DNA from: Minisyncoccota bacterium
GTDB taxonomy: Bacteria > Patescibacteriota > Minisyncoccia > Phycocordibacterales > SBAW01
DNA length: 64,000 nt
Reading direction: 5' to 3'
Assembly: GCA_035546615.1 (NCBI GenBank)
Contig: DASZWM010000006.1
Span: 1-64,000, forward strand
Positions 1 to 9,111 of the stretch are shown in pieces (within the stretch, counting starts at the first letter, position 1; every line of letters starts with the position of its first letter). Under the pieces are notes generated by a model. That model ran no database searches and was not told the DNA's origin. It saw only the letters and a list, made by a program, of their open reading frames with translations. The position numbers were made by a program, and so were the translations under genes.

Positions 1-1
1 C

Positions 2-1054
2 ACGGGTTCAGCCTCCAGCACGTGGCAGAGTAGCGCTACCTACACCGACACCGGCCTCCAGACCAACAAATGCTACGGCTACAAGGTGCAGGCAAGGGAC
101 GGCCTCCTTAACTACGGCGCCACCACGACGGCTTCGACCACCTACTCGGGAGCTGCGACACCGGGGGCGCCTGTTGCTACTCCTTTGGCGACTAGCAGCA
201 CCTTTACCAACAACGCCAACGGCAACCCGTCTTCGAACCCCACTACCAACTTTGCGGCGCAGATCGTCGCCACCTCACCGACCGACTCTACCTGGCTCAA
301 CAAATATATCGATTCCTCCGGCAATCCGCAGTCTGCCAAGCAGTGGCTCTCGGATGCTCAGCTGGACAGCGTAACCATCCAAAGCCTCACGCCCGGCACC
401 ACCTACACCATCCAGGTTATGGCGCGCAATGAGTCTCTACAAGAGACCGCCTCCAGTACCCAGACCGTCTTCCTTACTGCTCCTGCCGCTCCCGGCACAC
501 CCACCTACTCCAACATTACCGACTCCTCCATGACTGTCTCGTGGAGCGCAGCAACGGGCGCCACCTCCTACAAGCTCGAGCGCTGCTCGGGCGGCGGGTG
601 CAGTGCAGTGCAAATAGCGAGCGGCATCGCAGGCACCTCGTACAACGATTCCGGCCTCACGGGCAATACCACCTACTACTACCGGGTGCGGGGGAGCAAC
701 GCAGGCGGTGATGGCGCGTACTCCGCTACATCGAGCCAGCTTACCTTGCCAAGCCAGTCTGCTCCTCCTACCTACACCAATGTCACAACGAATAGTCTGA
801 GAGTTAATTGGTCTGCTCCCTCCGGCGGAGCCGTCTCCTACAAAGTAGAGCGCTGCCAGGGCGACCAGTGCACCAACTTCTCTGAAATAGCCGCGGGAGT
901 TACCACGCTCTACTACGACGACTCGGGGCTCACCCCTAACGTCAACTACCGCTACCGCATCCGGGCTACCAATGCGACAGGGGATGGGGTGTACTCGGGG
1001 ATTACTAACACTCTCTTATATAACGCACCCGCAGGCAGTGTCCGCTTCCGCTGA
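2..1054 (+). CDS. Fibronectin type III-like repeat surface protein (5' partial, continues upstream of window)
   Basis: Open frame runs from nt 2. Tandem ~90-aa modules with FN3-like signatures (TYKLERCSGGGCS...YYYRVRGSNAGGDGAYS; SYKVERCQGDQCT...YRYRIRATNATGDGVYS). S/T/N-rich. Confidence 0.55.
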   Translation, partial: TGSASSTWQSSATYTDTGLQTNKCYGYKVQARDGLLNYGATTTASTTYSGAATPGAPVATPLATSSTFTNNANGNPSSNPTTNFAAQIVATSPTDSTWLNKYIDSSGNPQSAKQWLSDAQLDSVTIQSLTPGTTYTIQVMARNESLQETASSTQTVFLTAPAAPGTPTYSNITDSSMTVSWSAATGATSYKLERCSGGGCSAVQIASGIAGTSYNDSGLTGNTTYYYRVRGSNAGGDGAYSATSSQLTLPSQSAPPTYTNVTTNSLRVNWSAPSGGAVSYKVERCQGDQCTNFSEIAAGVTTLYYDDSGLTPNVNYRYRIRATNATGDGVYSGITNTLLYNAPAGSVRFR

Positions 1055-1068
1055 AGTGACGTCAACTT

Positions 1069-1841
1069 TGAGCAAGGTTTCACCTTGCTCAGACTCAGAA
1101 CTACTCTTTATAGGATAGCCACTCCGTTATGTTTTGCCTGAAGTTCTCCGGCGTTTCAAAATACCGTGGGAGGGCCGTTGATTCCAATACTGTCGCTTCC
1201 GGGCGCCCACGCCCCAGGTAATCGGGATAGCTTGAGTACGCATACCTCTCCAAATATGCGTCGGTTTTTTTCCTATTCTTGATCCCGTGCTCTCTCCAGT
1301 TTTTGTCGATGAGTTTTACCGGATTCAGATGTATATACGAAAGGAGATATTTCAGATACCGGTCTTCTTCGGCGTGTTCCGATTTGAATACCCCCTGGAA
1401 CAGTGCGCCATTCCTTTCGTAGCGTTTATTAAAATACATCGTGTATCCCGTCGTCAGTTTCTGCATGAATCTGCTGATACCGTCGCCACCTTTCTCGCGT
1501 ACCAGCAGGTGAAAGTGGTTCGGCATCAGGCAATATGCAACGATATCGACGAGCGTCTCTCCGCGTTCTTGCGTCAACGCGCGCCCAAGCAAGGTGAAAT
1601 CTTTCGCAGGGTGGGCACGCTGCATATTGTCGATGCGAATTGGTTCTTTAGAATTGGCGAGATAGAGCAGGCATATAAAACGCTCGTAATCTTCCGTATG
1701 CACGAATACCTTTCTTTTGTCCGTGCCGCGGTTGTATAGGTGATAGAACTCTTGGGGAGCGAAAGGCGCGCGATTGGTCATAGGGGCAATATAGTAATGA
1801 ATCCCCATTTGAGCAAGGTTTAACCTTGCTCAAATGGGGAT
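1069..1841. mobile_element. tnpA-only IS200-like / RAYT unit bounded by near-identical palindromic hairpins
   Basis: Left hairpin TGAGCAAGGT-ttc-ACCTTGCTCA (~1069..1091). Right 41-nt perfect palindrome ATCCCCATTTGAGCAAGGTT-t-AACCTTGCTCAAATGGGGAT (~1801..1841) containing the tnpA start codon. Both share core GAGCAAGGTT. Confidence 0.6.
1101..1808 (-). CDS. IS200/IS605-family HUH (Y1) transposase, REP-associated tyrosine transposase (RAYT)-like
   Basis: YHLYNRG N-terminal motif; HUH motif in MPNHFHLLV; downstream Tyr-containing region. Locally lower GC. Flanked by hairpins. Confidence 0.7.
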   Translation of the reverse strand: MGIHYYIAPMTNRAPFAPQEFYHLYNRGTDKRKVFVHTEDYERFICLLYLANSKEPIRIDNMQRAHPAKDFTLLGRALTQERGETLVDIVAYCLMPNHFHLLVREKGGDGISRFMQKLTTGYTMYFNKRYERNGALFQGVFKSEHAEEDRYLKYLLSYIHLNPVKLIDKNWREHGIKNRKKTDAYLERYAYSSYPDYLGRGRPEATVLESTALPRYFETPENFRQNITEWLSYKE

Positions 1842-1871
1842 AGGAGAAAAAGAAGCTATATACTACTGGCT

Positions 1872-2891
1872 ATGGCGGTACGCGTTGCTATTAACGGGTT
1901 CGGGCGCATCGGACGCGCTTTTTTGCGCGCTTCCTGGGACGACCCGGCAGTAGAAGTAGTAGCTATCAACGACCTCGGCGATATCTCAAACTTGGTGTAT
2001 CTCCTCCAGTACGACAGCGTATACCGCACGTTCTCGCAGAAAGTCTCGGTTGAGAGCGGCCAGCTGATGGTTGGCGACAAGCATATCCATATCACCGCGG
2101 AAAAAGACCCGACCAAGCTGCCGTGGAGCTCTCTTAACATAGACGTGGCGGTAGAATCCACAGGAGTATTCGACTCCTACGAGAAGGCGAGCGCGCATCT
2201 GACCGCCGGCGCCAAGCATGTGGTCATTTCAGCTCCCGTGAAGGACGAAATGGCGGGTGCGGGGACAGTGCTCATGGGGGTGAACGAGGACAAGCTCGGC
2301 GCCTGCCAGATAACCTCCAACGCCTCGTGCACCACCAATTCAGTCTCGCCGCTCATCGCAATACTCGACGAAAAGATCGGCATCGAGAAGGCATTGCTCA
2401 ATACCACGCACGCCTATACCGCGACGCAGTCGATAGTCGACTCGCCGGTCAAGGGCTCCGACTTTCGCCGAGGCCGCGCCGCCGCGCAGAACATGTCGCC
2501 GTCATCGACGGGCGCCGCGGTCGCGGTGACAAAGGCGTACGAGCAGCTTACCGGAAAATTCGACGGCATTTCCATTCGCGTGCCGGTGGTGGCGGGCTCT
2601 ATCGCCGATGTTACCTTCCTCGCCAAGCGCGATACGACCGCCGAGGAAGTGAATTCGATACTCGAAGCCGCCGCACAAGAGGACCGCTGGAAGGGTATAT
2701 TCGACGCCACGCGCGAACAGCTGGTTTCGGGCGACATCATCGGCAACGGCCACGCGTCCATCGCCGACCTGGGGCTAACGCGCGTCGTGGGCGGCAACCT
2801 GGTGAAGGTCCTGGCCTGGTACGATAACGAAATGGGGTATACGCACACCCTCATCAGGCACGTAAAGAAAGCGGGCGCCCAAGCCAAGTAA
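1872..2891 (+). CDS. gap: Glyceraldehyde-3-phosphate dehydrogenase
   Basis: N-terminal NGFGRIGR Rossmann motif; active-site SNASCTTN; 339 aa. Confidence 0.92.
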   Translation: MAVRVAINGFGRIGRAFLRASWDDPAVEVVAINDLGDISNLVYLLQYDSVYRTFSQKVSVESGQLMVGDKHIHITAEKDPTKLPWSSLNIDVAVESTGVFDSYEKASAHLTAGAKHVVISAPVKDEMAGAGTVLMGVNEDKLGACQITSNASCTTNSVSPLIAILDEKIGIEKALLNTTHAYTATQSIVDSPVKGSDFRRGRAAAQNMSPSSTGAAVAVTKAYEQLTGKFDGISIRVPVVAGSIADVTFLAKRDTTAEEVNSILEAAAQEDRWKGIFDATREQLVSGDIIGNGHASIADLGLTRVVGGNLVKVLAWYDNEMGYTHTLIRHVKKAGAQAK

Positions 2892-2898
2892 TTTCTGT

Positions 2899-3339
2899 AT
2901 GACAAAAGTCTTTCTGGCATCCGACCATGCAGGCTACGAATTGAAAGAAGCGCTTACGCCGTTCCTCGCGGAGCGCGGATTTGCCGTTGAGGACCTTGGA
3001 CCTTCTTCGCTTGACCCCAACGACGACTATCCGGATTACCTTGGGTCATTGGGCCGAAAAGTGGCTGAAAATAAGGGTTCCTTCGGCATCGGCATCGGCG
3101 GCTCCGGCCAGGGGGAGGCTATGGCGGTGAACCGCAGCCTCGGCGCGCGCGCCGCAGTGTATTACGGCGGGCCCGAGGAAATAGTGAAGCTCTCGCGTCA
3201 GCACAACGACGCCAATGTGCTGAGCCTCGGCGCGCGCTTTTTGTCGGCTGACGAGGCGAAGAAAGCCGTCGAGCTCTGGCTCGCCACTCCTTTTTCCGGC
3301 GACGAGCGGCACGCGCGACGCATACAGAAGCTCGGATAA
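2899..3339 (+). CDS. rpiB: Ribose-5-phosphate isomerase B
   Basis: MTKVFLASDHAGYELKE... matches the RpiB/LacAB family; 146 aa. Confidence 0.85.
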   Translation: MTKVFLASDHAGYELKEALTPFLAERGFAVEDLGPSSLDPNDDYPDYLGSLGRKVAENKGSFGIGIGGSGQGEAMAVNRSLGARAAVYYGGPEEIVKLSRQHNDANVLSLGARFLSADEAKKAVELWLATPFSGDERHARRIQKLG

Positions 3340-3348
3340 TCTTCGGCC

Positions 3349-4050
3349 ATGGTAGAGATAATCCCCGCCATTCTCACGAAGTCGTACAAGGAGCTGGAGC
3401 GCCAGGCTGAAATCGCGCATGCGTTCGCTAAAAAGATCCAGATAGACGTGGTAGACGGCGTCTTCGCCAAGCACGCAACCTGGCCGTACAAGGACGGCTC
3501 TAATTTTCAGAAAATAAAAGAGGAAGAGCACGGCCTGCCGTTCTGGGAGGACCTCGATTTCGAGTTCGACCTCATGATAGAGAACCCGCACGAGCACGCG
3601 ATGGACTACGTTCGCGCGGGCGCCTCGCACATCGTCATCCATGCGGAGGCGACCGGCGCGGTCGAGGCCTTGCAGAAGCTTGCGGAGCTGCGGGGGGACG
3701 ACGCCGGCGCGTTTTCCATCACGACGGGCCTGGCGCTTCTGCCGAACATGCAGCCCGACGTGCTGGAGTCATTCGATACGCTGTTCGATTATGTGCAGGT
3801 GATGGGGATAAACACCGTCGGCCGCCAGGGCGAGCCGTTCGACGCTCACTCCGTGGCGCTTGTGGAGCGCCTGCGTCACCGCTACCCGGACCTTGTCATA
3901 CAGGTGGACGGCGGCGTGAATACGGAGACGGCCGGAGCGCTCGCGCACGCAGGTGCGAACCGGCTTATCGCCGGCTCCGCTATTTTTGGTGCGGATAACC
4001 CGGAGGAGGCGTACAAAGCGTTGTATACTTTAGCGAATGGCTCTCAGTGA
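3349..4050 (+). CDS. rpe: Ribulose-phosphate 3-epimerase-like
   Basis: IIPAIL.., IDVVDG, FDLM, ASHIVIHAEA, VDGGV, AGSAIF motifs parallel Rpe TIM-barrel motifs; 233 aa. Confidence 0.7.
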   Translation: MVEIIPAILTKSYKELERQAEIAHAFAKKIQIDVVDGVFAKHATWPYKDGSNFQKIKEEEHGLPFWEDLDFEFDLMIENPHEHAMDYVRAGASHIVIHAEATGAVEALQKLAELRGDDAGAFSITTGLALLPNMQPDVLESFDTLFDYVQVMGINTVGRQGEPFDAHSVALVERLRHRYPDLVIQVDGGVNTETAGALAHAGANRLIAGSAIFGADNPEEAYKALYTLANGSQ

Positions 4051-4894
4051 GGCGCGTATCGTTGAAATAGAGGATAAGGCTCGGGCAATACGCGAGACGA
4101 TACTCGAAATGCTCGTTGCCGCAGGCTCCGGCCATACGGCCGGCCCTCTGGGCATGGCCGATATCTTCGCCTCGTTCTACTTTCATATCCTCAACCACGA
4201 TCCGCAGAACCCGGAGCTTCCGGAGCGCGACCGTCTCATACTTTCAAACGGCCACATCGTACCGGTTCGCTATGCCGCAATGGCCCACGCGGGCTATTTT
4301 CCGGTGGAAGAATGCCTGACGCTGCGTAAGTTCGGCAGCCGGCTCCAGGGCCACCCCGAGCGCACGAGGCTTCCGGGGCTTGAGACCACCTCAGGCCCGC
4401 TCGGTTCAGGTTTGGGCCAGGCGGCAGGCATCGCTTACGGCGCGCGCATGGACAAGAAGCGCTTCAGAACCTACGTTGCCATGTCCGACGGCGAGCAGGA
4501 TGCCGGAAATATCTGGGAGTCGGCGATGTTCGCGGGCAACAACAAGCTCAGCAACCTCACCGCGGTCATCGACCGCAACAACATCCAGATAAACGGCATG
4601 ACGGAGGACGTGATGCCGGTCGAGAACCTGCGCGCCAAGTACGAGGCCTTCAATTGGCACGTGCTTGAGGTGGACGGGCACAATATAAAGCAGTTCTGCG
4701 ATGCGGTGGACGAGGCAAAAGCCATTTACGAAAAGCCGACGGTCATCATCGCGCACACCATACCGGGCAAGGGGGTGAAGGAGATAGAATTCGACTACAA
4801 GTGGCACGGCAAGCCGCCCACCAAGGACGAGGCGAAGAAGTTCCTCAACGAACTGCGCACCATGGGCGGGAAAATTGAGAGCGAACATCAGTAA
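4037..4894 (+). CDS. tkt: Transketolase, N-terminal (TPP-binding) subunit of split enzyme
   Basis: GSGHTAGPLGMADIF; GHPE; SDGEQDAGNIWE. 285 aa split form as in archaea and some reduced bacteria. Confidence 0.88.
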   Translation: MALSEARIVEIEDKARAIRETILEMLVAAGSGHTAGPLGMADIFASFYFHILNHDPQNPELPERDRLILSNGHIVPVRYAAMAHAGYFPVEECLTLRKFGSRLQGHPERTRLPGLETTSGPLGSGLGQAAGIAYGARMDKKRFRTYVAMSDGEQDAGNIWESAMFAGNNKLSNLTAVIDRNNIQINGMTEDVMPVENLRAKYEAFNWHVLEVDGHNIKQFCDAVDEAKAIYEKPTVIIAHTIPGKGVKEIEFDYKWHGKPPTKDEAKKFLNELRTMGGKIESEHQ

Positions 4895-4897
4895 ATT

Positions 4898-5899
4898 ATG
4901 CTTAATCCCGATGCAAAACTAGCCGCAAATACCTTCGACAAACCGGAGCAGGCGCCCACGCGCGACGGCCTCGGCAAGGGGCTTTTGGAATTAGGCGAAT
5001 CGAACCCGAACGTCGTTGCGGTATGCGCCGACCTGGCCGAAAGCACGCGCATTTTGCCGTTCAAGGAAAAGTATCCGGCCCGCTACATTGAAGCCGGCGT
5101 GGCCGAGCAGAATCTTGCCACTATTGCCTCAGGTTTGGCTAACTACGGGAAGATTCCGTTTATAGCCTCGTATGCCACGTTCAGTCCCGGCCGCAATAAC
5201 GAGCAGATACGCACGACTATTTCAATAAATAATGTGGCCGTAAAGATAGCCGGAAGCCACGCAGGCCTTTCGGTCGGCCCCGACGGCGCTACCCACCAGG
5301 CTCTTGAGGACATCGCGCTCATGCGCGTTCAGCCGAATATGACGGTACTGAGTCCTTGTGATGCCGAAGAAGCCCGCAAAGCTACGCTCGCCGCCGCCGC
5401 GCATCCGGGCCCGGTGTACTTACGCTTCGGACGCGAGAAGACGCCCGTCATGACGACGGCTGAGACGCCGTTTGAGTTCGGAAAGGCAAGCGTCGTATGG
5501 CAGCAGGCCGACCGCCGCAAGAATCCGGATGTCGCCGTGTTCGCTACGGGGCCGCTCCTATATAACGCCCTTATGGCGGCCAAGGAGGTCGAAGCAGAAG
5601 TCTCCTGCGTGGTAGTGAATATCCATACCATCAAGCCCTTGGACGAAGCGGCGGTCGTAGCCTGGGCCAAGAAGGCCGGCGCGGTCGTAACGGTCGAGGA
5701 GCATCAGATAGCCGGAGGCCTGGGCGGCGCCATTGCGGAAGTCCTTGCGCGCCAGTGCCCGGTGCCTATGGAATTCATCGGCGTGCACGACCGGTTCGGG
5801 CAGTCAGGCACGCCGGAGGAGCTGTTAAAGCACTATCGCATGGATGTGCCCAATATTGTGGATATCATGAAGACGGCGAAAAAGCGCAAGGTACACTAA
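4898..5899 (+). CDS. tkt: Transketolase, C-terminal (pyrimidine-binding/C-terminal domain) subunit
   Basis: Immediately follows the N-terminal subunit; FIEAGVAEQN, GPDGATHQALEDIA motifs; 333 aa. Confidence 0.88.
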   Translation: MLNPDAKLAANTFDKPEQAPTRDGLGKGLLELGESNPNVVAVCADLAESTRILPFKEKYPARYIEAGVAEQNLATIASGLANYGKIPFIASYATFSPGRNNEQIRTTISINNVAVKIAGSHAGLSVGPDGATHQALEDIALMRVQPNMTVLSPCDAEEARKATLAAAAHPGPVYLRFGREKTPVMTTAETPFEFGKASVVWQQADRRKNPDVAVFATGPLLYNALMAAKEVEAEVSCVVVNIHTIKPLDEAAVVAWAKKAGAVVTVEEHQIAGGLGGAIAEVLARQCPVPMEFIGVHDRFGQSGTPEELLKHYRMDVPNIVDIMKTAKKRKVH

Positions 5900-6099
5900 G
5901 GCCATGTTCGAAACCTTTACCCCCGTGCGCGGCAGCCTCTGGAAGCAGCGCGTCAACGCGGGGATAGGGAGCCTTTTCCTCGGCTCCGTCGCCTTGTGGG
6001 CCGCCCTTTTGATGTTCGAGATAGGCTGGGGGATGAATCCGGTCGCTAAAGCCTTCGCCGCCGCCGTCGCCCATGAGACGGCGCTTTCAAATAACTAAG

Positions 6100-7104
6100 C
6101 TAGCTAAGCGGCTCTATTGCGAACGCCGCAGGAGGGTTCGCGAGATTCTTTTGCAGTTGGTCGAGCTTGAGCAGGCCCTTTTGCGCGCCGATGCCCTGCA
6201 GTACTGAGGAGGCGTTCGTTGCGCCCCACATGAGCGCTTCTTCAAGCGGCTTGCCCAGCGCCAATGCCACGACGGTGGTGGAGGCAAGCGCATCGCCGGC
6301 GCCGGTTATCTCGTACGGCGGCCGCGGGTCCGGATAGCGCGGGCAATGCAGCATCTTTCCGTCCGGCGCGAGCGAGTAGGAGCCGCGGGTGTCGTCGGTT
6401 ATGACGACGGTCTTGGGGCCGAGCGCCTGCACGGCCTTGAGCAGGTCCTTGATGTCGCTTCCGGCGGGCTTATTCAGTATCTTTTCGGCCTCCTCCTTGT
6501 TGCAGAAGAAGATGTCCGCGCGCCCGTACACGGGCTTGAGCGCTTCGACGCCCATTTTCATCTGGAACGTTCCGGGCTGGAACGCGAGCTTCGTATCCGG
6601 CCACTCTTTGAGCTTCTCCATGAGCGCGAGATGGTACGGAAGGCTGTTCTCGCCCAGGCTTGAAAGGTAGAGCCACTTCGGACCGGCCCCCATCTGCGGC
6701 ACCGTATACTCGAACGCGTCGTGCTTTACCAGAATAGTGCGCTGGCTCTCGAACCACAGCACGTAGTGGTAGTTGGTGTGCTTGCCCGGCACTTTCTCTA
6801 TATAGTCGAGGCTCACGTTGTCTATTTGGAGCGCCGCGTAGCACTGCGTGGCGTACATGTCGTCGCCGACATAGGCGCGAAGCGCCGATGAGAGCCCTAG
6901 CCGGGCCGCCGCGACCGCCGCATTGGCGGAATTGCCGACTGCAGGCACCACTTCGGCGAACTCGTAGGGGATCTTGTCGCCCCAGCGCATGCATATCTCG
7001 CAGTCCTCGTTGTCCAGCCGGCAGTGCACGCTCGCGTCGTGGAGCCTGATGAACGCGTCTACGACGATATCGCCTACGGCGAAGAAATCCACGGCCTTTT
7101 CCAT
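6100..7104 (-). CDS. PfkB-family carbohydrate/ribokinase-like kinase
   Basis: N-terminal VGDIVVD; C-terminal TGAGDALAS (DTxGAGD motif); 334 aa; embedded in sugar-phosphate gene cluster. Confidence 0.75.
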   Translation of the reverse strand: MEKAVDFFAVGDIVVDAFIRLHDASVHCRLDNEDCEICMRWGDKIPYEFAEVVPAVGNSANAAVAAARLGLSSALRAYVGDDMYATQCYAALQIDNVSLDYIEKVPGKHTNYHYVLWFESQRTILVKHDAFEYTVPQMGAGPKWLYLSSLGENSLPYHLALMEKLKEWPDTKLAFQPGTFQMKMGVEALKPVYGRADIFFCNKEEAEKILNKPAGSDIKDLLKAVQALGPKTVVITDDTRGSYSLAPDGKMLHCPRYPDPRPPYEITGAGDALASTTVVALALGKPLEEALMWGATNASSVLQGIGAQKGLLKLDQLQKNLANPPAAFAIEPLS

Positions 7105-7157
7105 GCCCTTAGTATACCCGCTTTTTTTGCGCCGGCCGGAAATGGTACACTACATAT

Positions 7158-8018
7158 ATGAAGACACTGCGCGAAACGATAGGCGAGTTCAGGGCGGCGG
7201 GGAAGGCTATAGGCCATTTTAATTTTTCCGACTCCAACCAGCTCAAGGCTATCGCCGAGGCGGCGCGCGAGACGGGACTTCCGGTCATCGCGGGGCTTTC
7301 CGAAGGCGAGCGCACCTACTTTCACACCTCGCATGCGCGCGCCGTCATCGATATCTATCGCGCGGAAGGCGTGGAGATCTTCCTGAATGCCGACCATACC
7401 TACAGCGTCGAGAAAGTCCAGCGAGCTATTTCCGCGGGTGTCGATTCGGTCGTCGTGGACGGCGCGAAGCTCCCGTTTGAGGAGAATGTGCACATGCTCA
7501 CCGCCTGCGTTAAGTACGCCCGCGCGGCCGGGCGCGATGTCGTGATGGAAGGCGAGCTCGGCTACATCGGCCAGTCTTCCCAGCAGCTCGACTCTCTCCC
7601 CGAAGGCGTTACCGAGGGGAATCTCACGACCGTAGAGGACGCCAAGCGGCTCGTGTCGGAAAGCGGCATCGACTGCTTCGCTCCGGCCGTAGGCAACGTG
7701 CACGGCATGCTCAAGTCTGCCAAGGAACCGCGCCTCCACCCGGACCGAGTGAAGGAAATAGCAGAAGCCGTCGGCATCCCGCTGGTGCTTCATGGAGCGT
7801 CCGGCAATACCGAAGCGGAAATAGCGGAGTGCATCAAGGCGGGCGTGGCGATTGTCCATATAAACACCGAGCTGCGCGTCGCCTACCGCGACGCCCTTAA
7901 AAGGTCGCTCATGGAGCACCCGGAGGAGACCACGCCGTACAAGTTCCTCACTCCCGCCGTAGACGAGATGAAAGCGTTTCTCATGGGCAAGATGAAGGTA
8001 TTCGCAGGACAAGCATAA
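7158..8018 (+). CDS. fba: Class II fructose-bisphosphate aldolase
   Basis: FNFSDSNQ..; LHGASG; class II aldolase/tagatose-bisphosphate aldolase family length (286 aa). Confidence 0.85.
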   Translation: MKTLRETIGEFRAAGKAIGHFNFSDSNQLKAIAEAARETGLPVIAGLSEGERTYFHTSHARAVIDIYRAEGVEIFLNADHTYSVEKVQRAISAGVDSVVVDGAKLPFEENVHMLTACVKYARAAGRDVVMEGELGYIGQSSQQLDSLPEGVTEGNLTTVEDAKRLVSESGIDCFAPAVGNVHGMLKSAKEPRLHPDRVKEIAEAVGIPLVLHGASGNTEAEIAECIKAGVAIVHINTELRVAYRDALKRSLMEHPEETTPYKFLTPAVDEMKAFLMGKMKVFAGQA

Positions 8019-8058
8019 AGTTGCCAGATAGCCATACATCTGTTACATTATTCAGGCA

Positions 8059-8718
8059 ATGGAACTGGCAGTCACAAAGCGCGATACCTCGACGAAGGCG
8101 AAATCCTTGCGCAGCAAGGGCCTTTTGCCTGGCGTCATATACGGCCGTTCCGAGGAGTCCACTCCCATCACTGTAGACCGCAAGACCTTCGACAAGCTCT
8201 TCCACGCGGCGGGCGAGTCCACCGTCATCACGCTCTCGGGCCTCGGCGAGGAGAAGGACGCGCTCATCCACGAAGTGGCTGTTGACGCCGTTACCGGCAC
8301 GGCGGTCCATGTCGATTTTTACGCGATTCAGAAGGGCCAGACCGTTACCGTATCCATTCCGCTGGAGTTTGACGGCGAGTCCCAGGCGGTGAAGGAGCTC
8401 GGCGGCATTTTGGTGAAGGTCATGCACGAGCTTGAGATAGAATGCCAGCCGAAGGACCTCCCGCACGCCATCCATGTCGATATTTCGAAGCTCGCGACGC
8501 TTGAGGACCAGATAAAGGTGAAGGACCTCCAGGGCATTCCCGCATCGGCCAAGATCTCCGTCGACCCCGAGGAAGTCGTGGCCATGATCGACGTCGCCAA
8601 GGAGGAGCCGGTCGAGGAAGCCGCGGCCGACATCTCCGCTATCGAGATCTCCGAAGACCGCGGCAAGAAGGAAGAGGAAGGCGAAGGAGCCGCTCCGGCC
8701 GCAGAAGCGAAAGAATAG
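8059..8718 (+). CDS. rplY: 50S ribosomal protein L25 / general stress protein Ctc, with acidic C-terminal tail
   Basis: TKAKSLRSKGLLPGVIYG N-terminus typical of L25/Ctc; E/A-rich tail. Confidence 0.85.
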   Translation: MELAVTKRDTSTKAKSLRSKGLLPGVIYGRSEESTPITVDRKTFDKLFHAAGESTVITLSGLGEEKDALIHEVAVDAVTGTAVHVDFYAIQKGQTVTVSIPLEFDGESQAVKELGGILVKVMHELEIECQPKDLPHAIHVDISKLATLEDQIKVKDLQGIPASAKISVDPEEVVAMIDVAKEEPVEEAAADISAIEISEDRGKKEEEGEGAAPAAEAKE

Positions 8719-8753
8719 AAAGACCCGGGGAAACCCGGGTTTTATCGTGCGAG

Positions 8754-9074
8754 TTGTATAAGCGTATGAAAACGAAACCGTTCTATAACGCCGCGCTCGC
8801 CGCAGGCTACATCGTCGGGCTCGTGTATTTCATTTTCACGTTCGTGGCGCAGCCCAATACGCCGGATAGCGAATCGTCGCTGCTTGTGCCCATAGCCATG
8901 CTGTCCCTGTTCGTCCTCTCCGCGGCGGTCATGACGTACCTCTTTCTCTATGAACCGCTCACGCTGTATTTTGAGGGCAAGCGCCAGGAGGCGGTCCGGT
9001 TTTTCCTGGAAACCACGGGCATATTCGCGTTCATAACGTGCGCGTTCCTGGTTTTGCTTCTCATATTCCGGTAA
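8754..9074 (+). CDS. Small hypothetical membrane protein (3 TM)
   Basis: Hydrophobic segments; ORF only. Confidence 0.35.
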   Translation: MYKRMKTKPFYNAALAAGYIVGLVYFIFTFVAQPNTPDSESSLLVPIAMLSLFVLSAAVMTYLFLYEPLTLYFEGKRQEAVRFFLETTGIFAFITCAFLVLLLIFR

Positions 9075-9111
9075 GCGATAGCGCGCGTCGCCGTCTGTTA
9101 TACTTGTATAT

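Noticed and set aside
7074-8039. 321-aa antisense ORF across fba (and similar long antisense ORFs over pfkB, rnr, dnaE, rpoBC, sigA, e.g. 46767..50240 minus, 53397..54602 minus)
   Set aside because: They are antisense to clearly motif-bearing genes and have the Arg/Ala-rich composition of GC-driven open frames.
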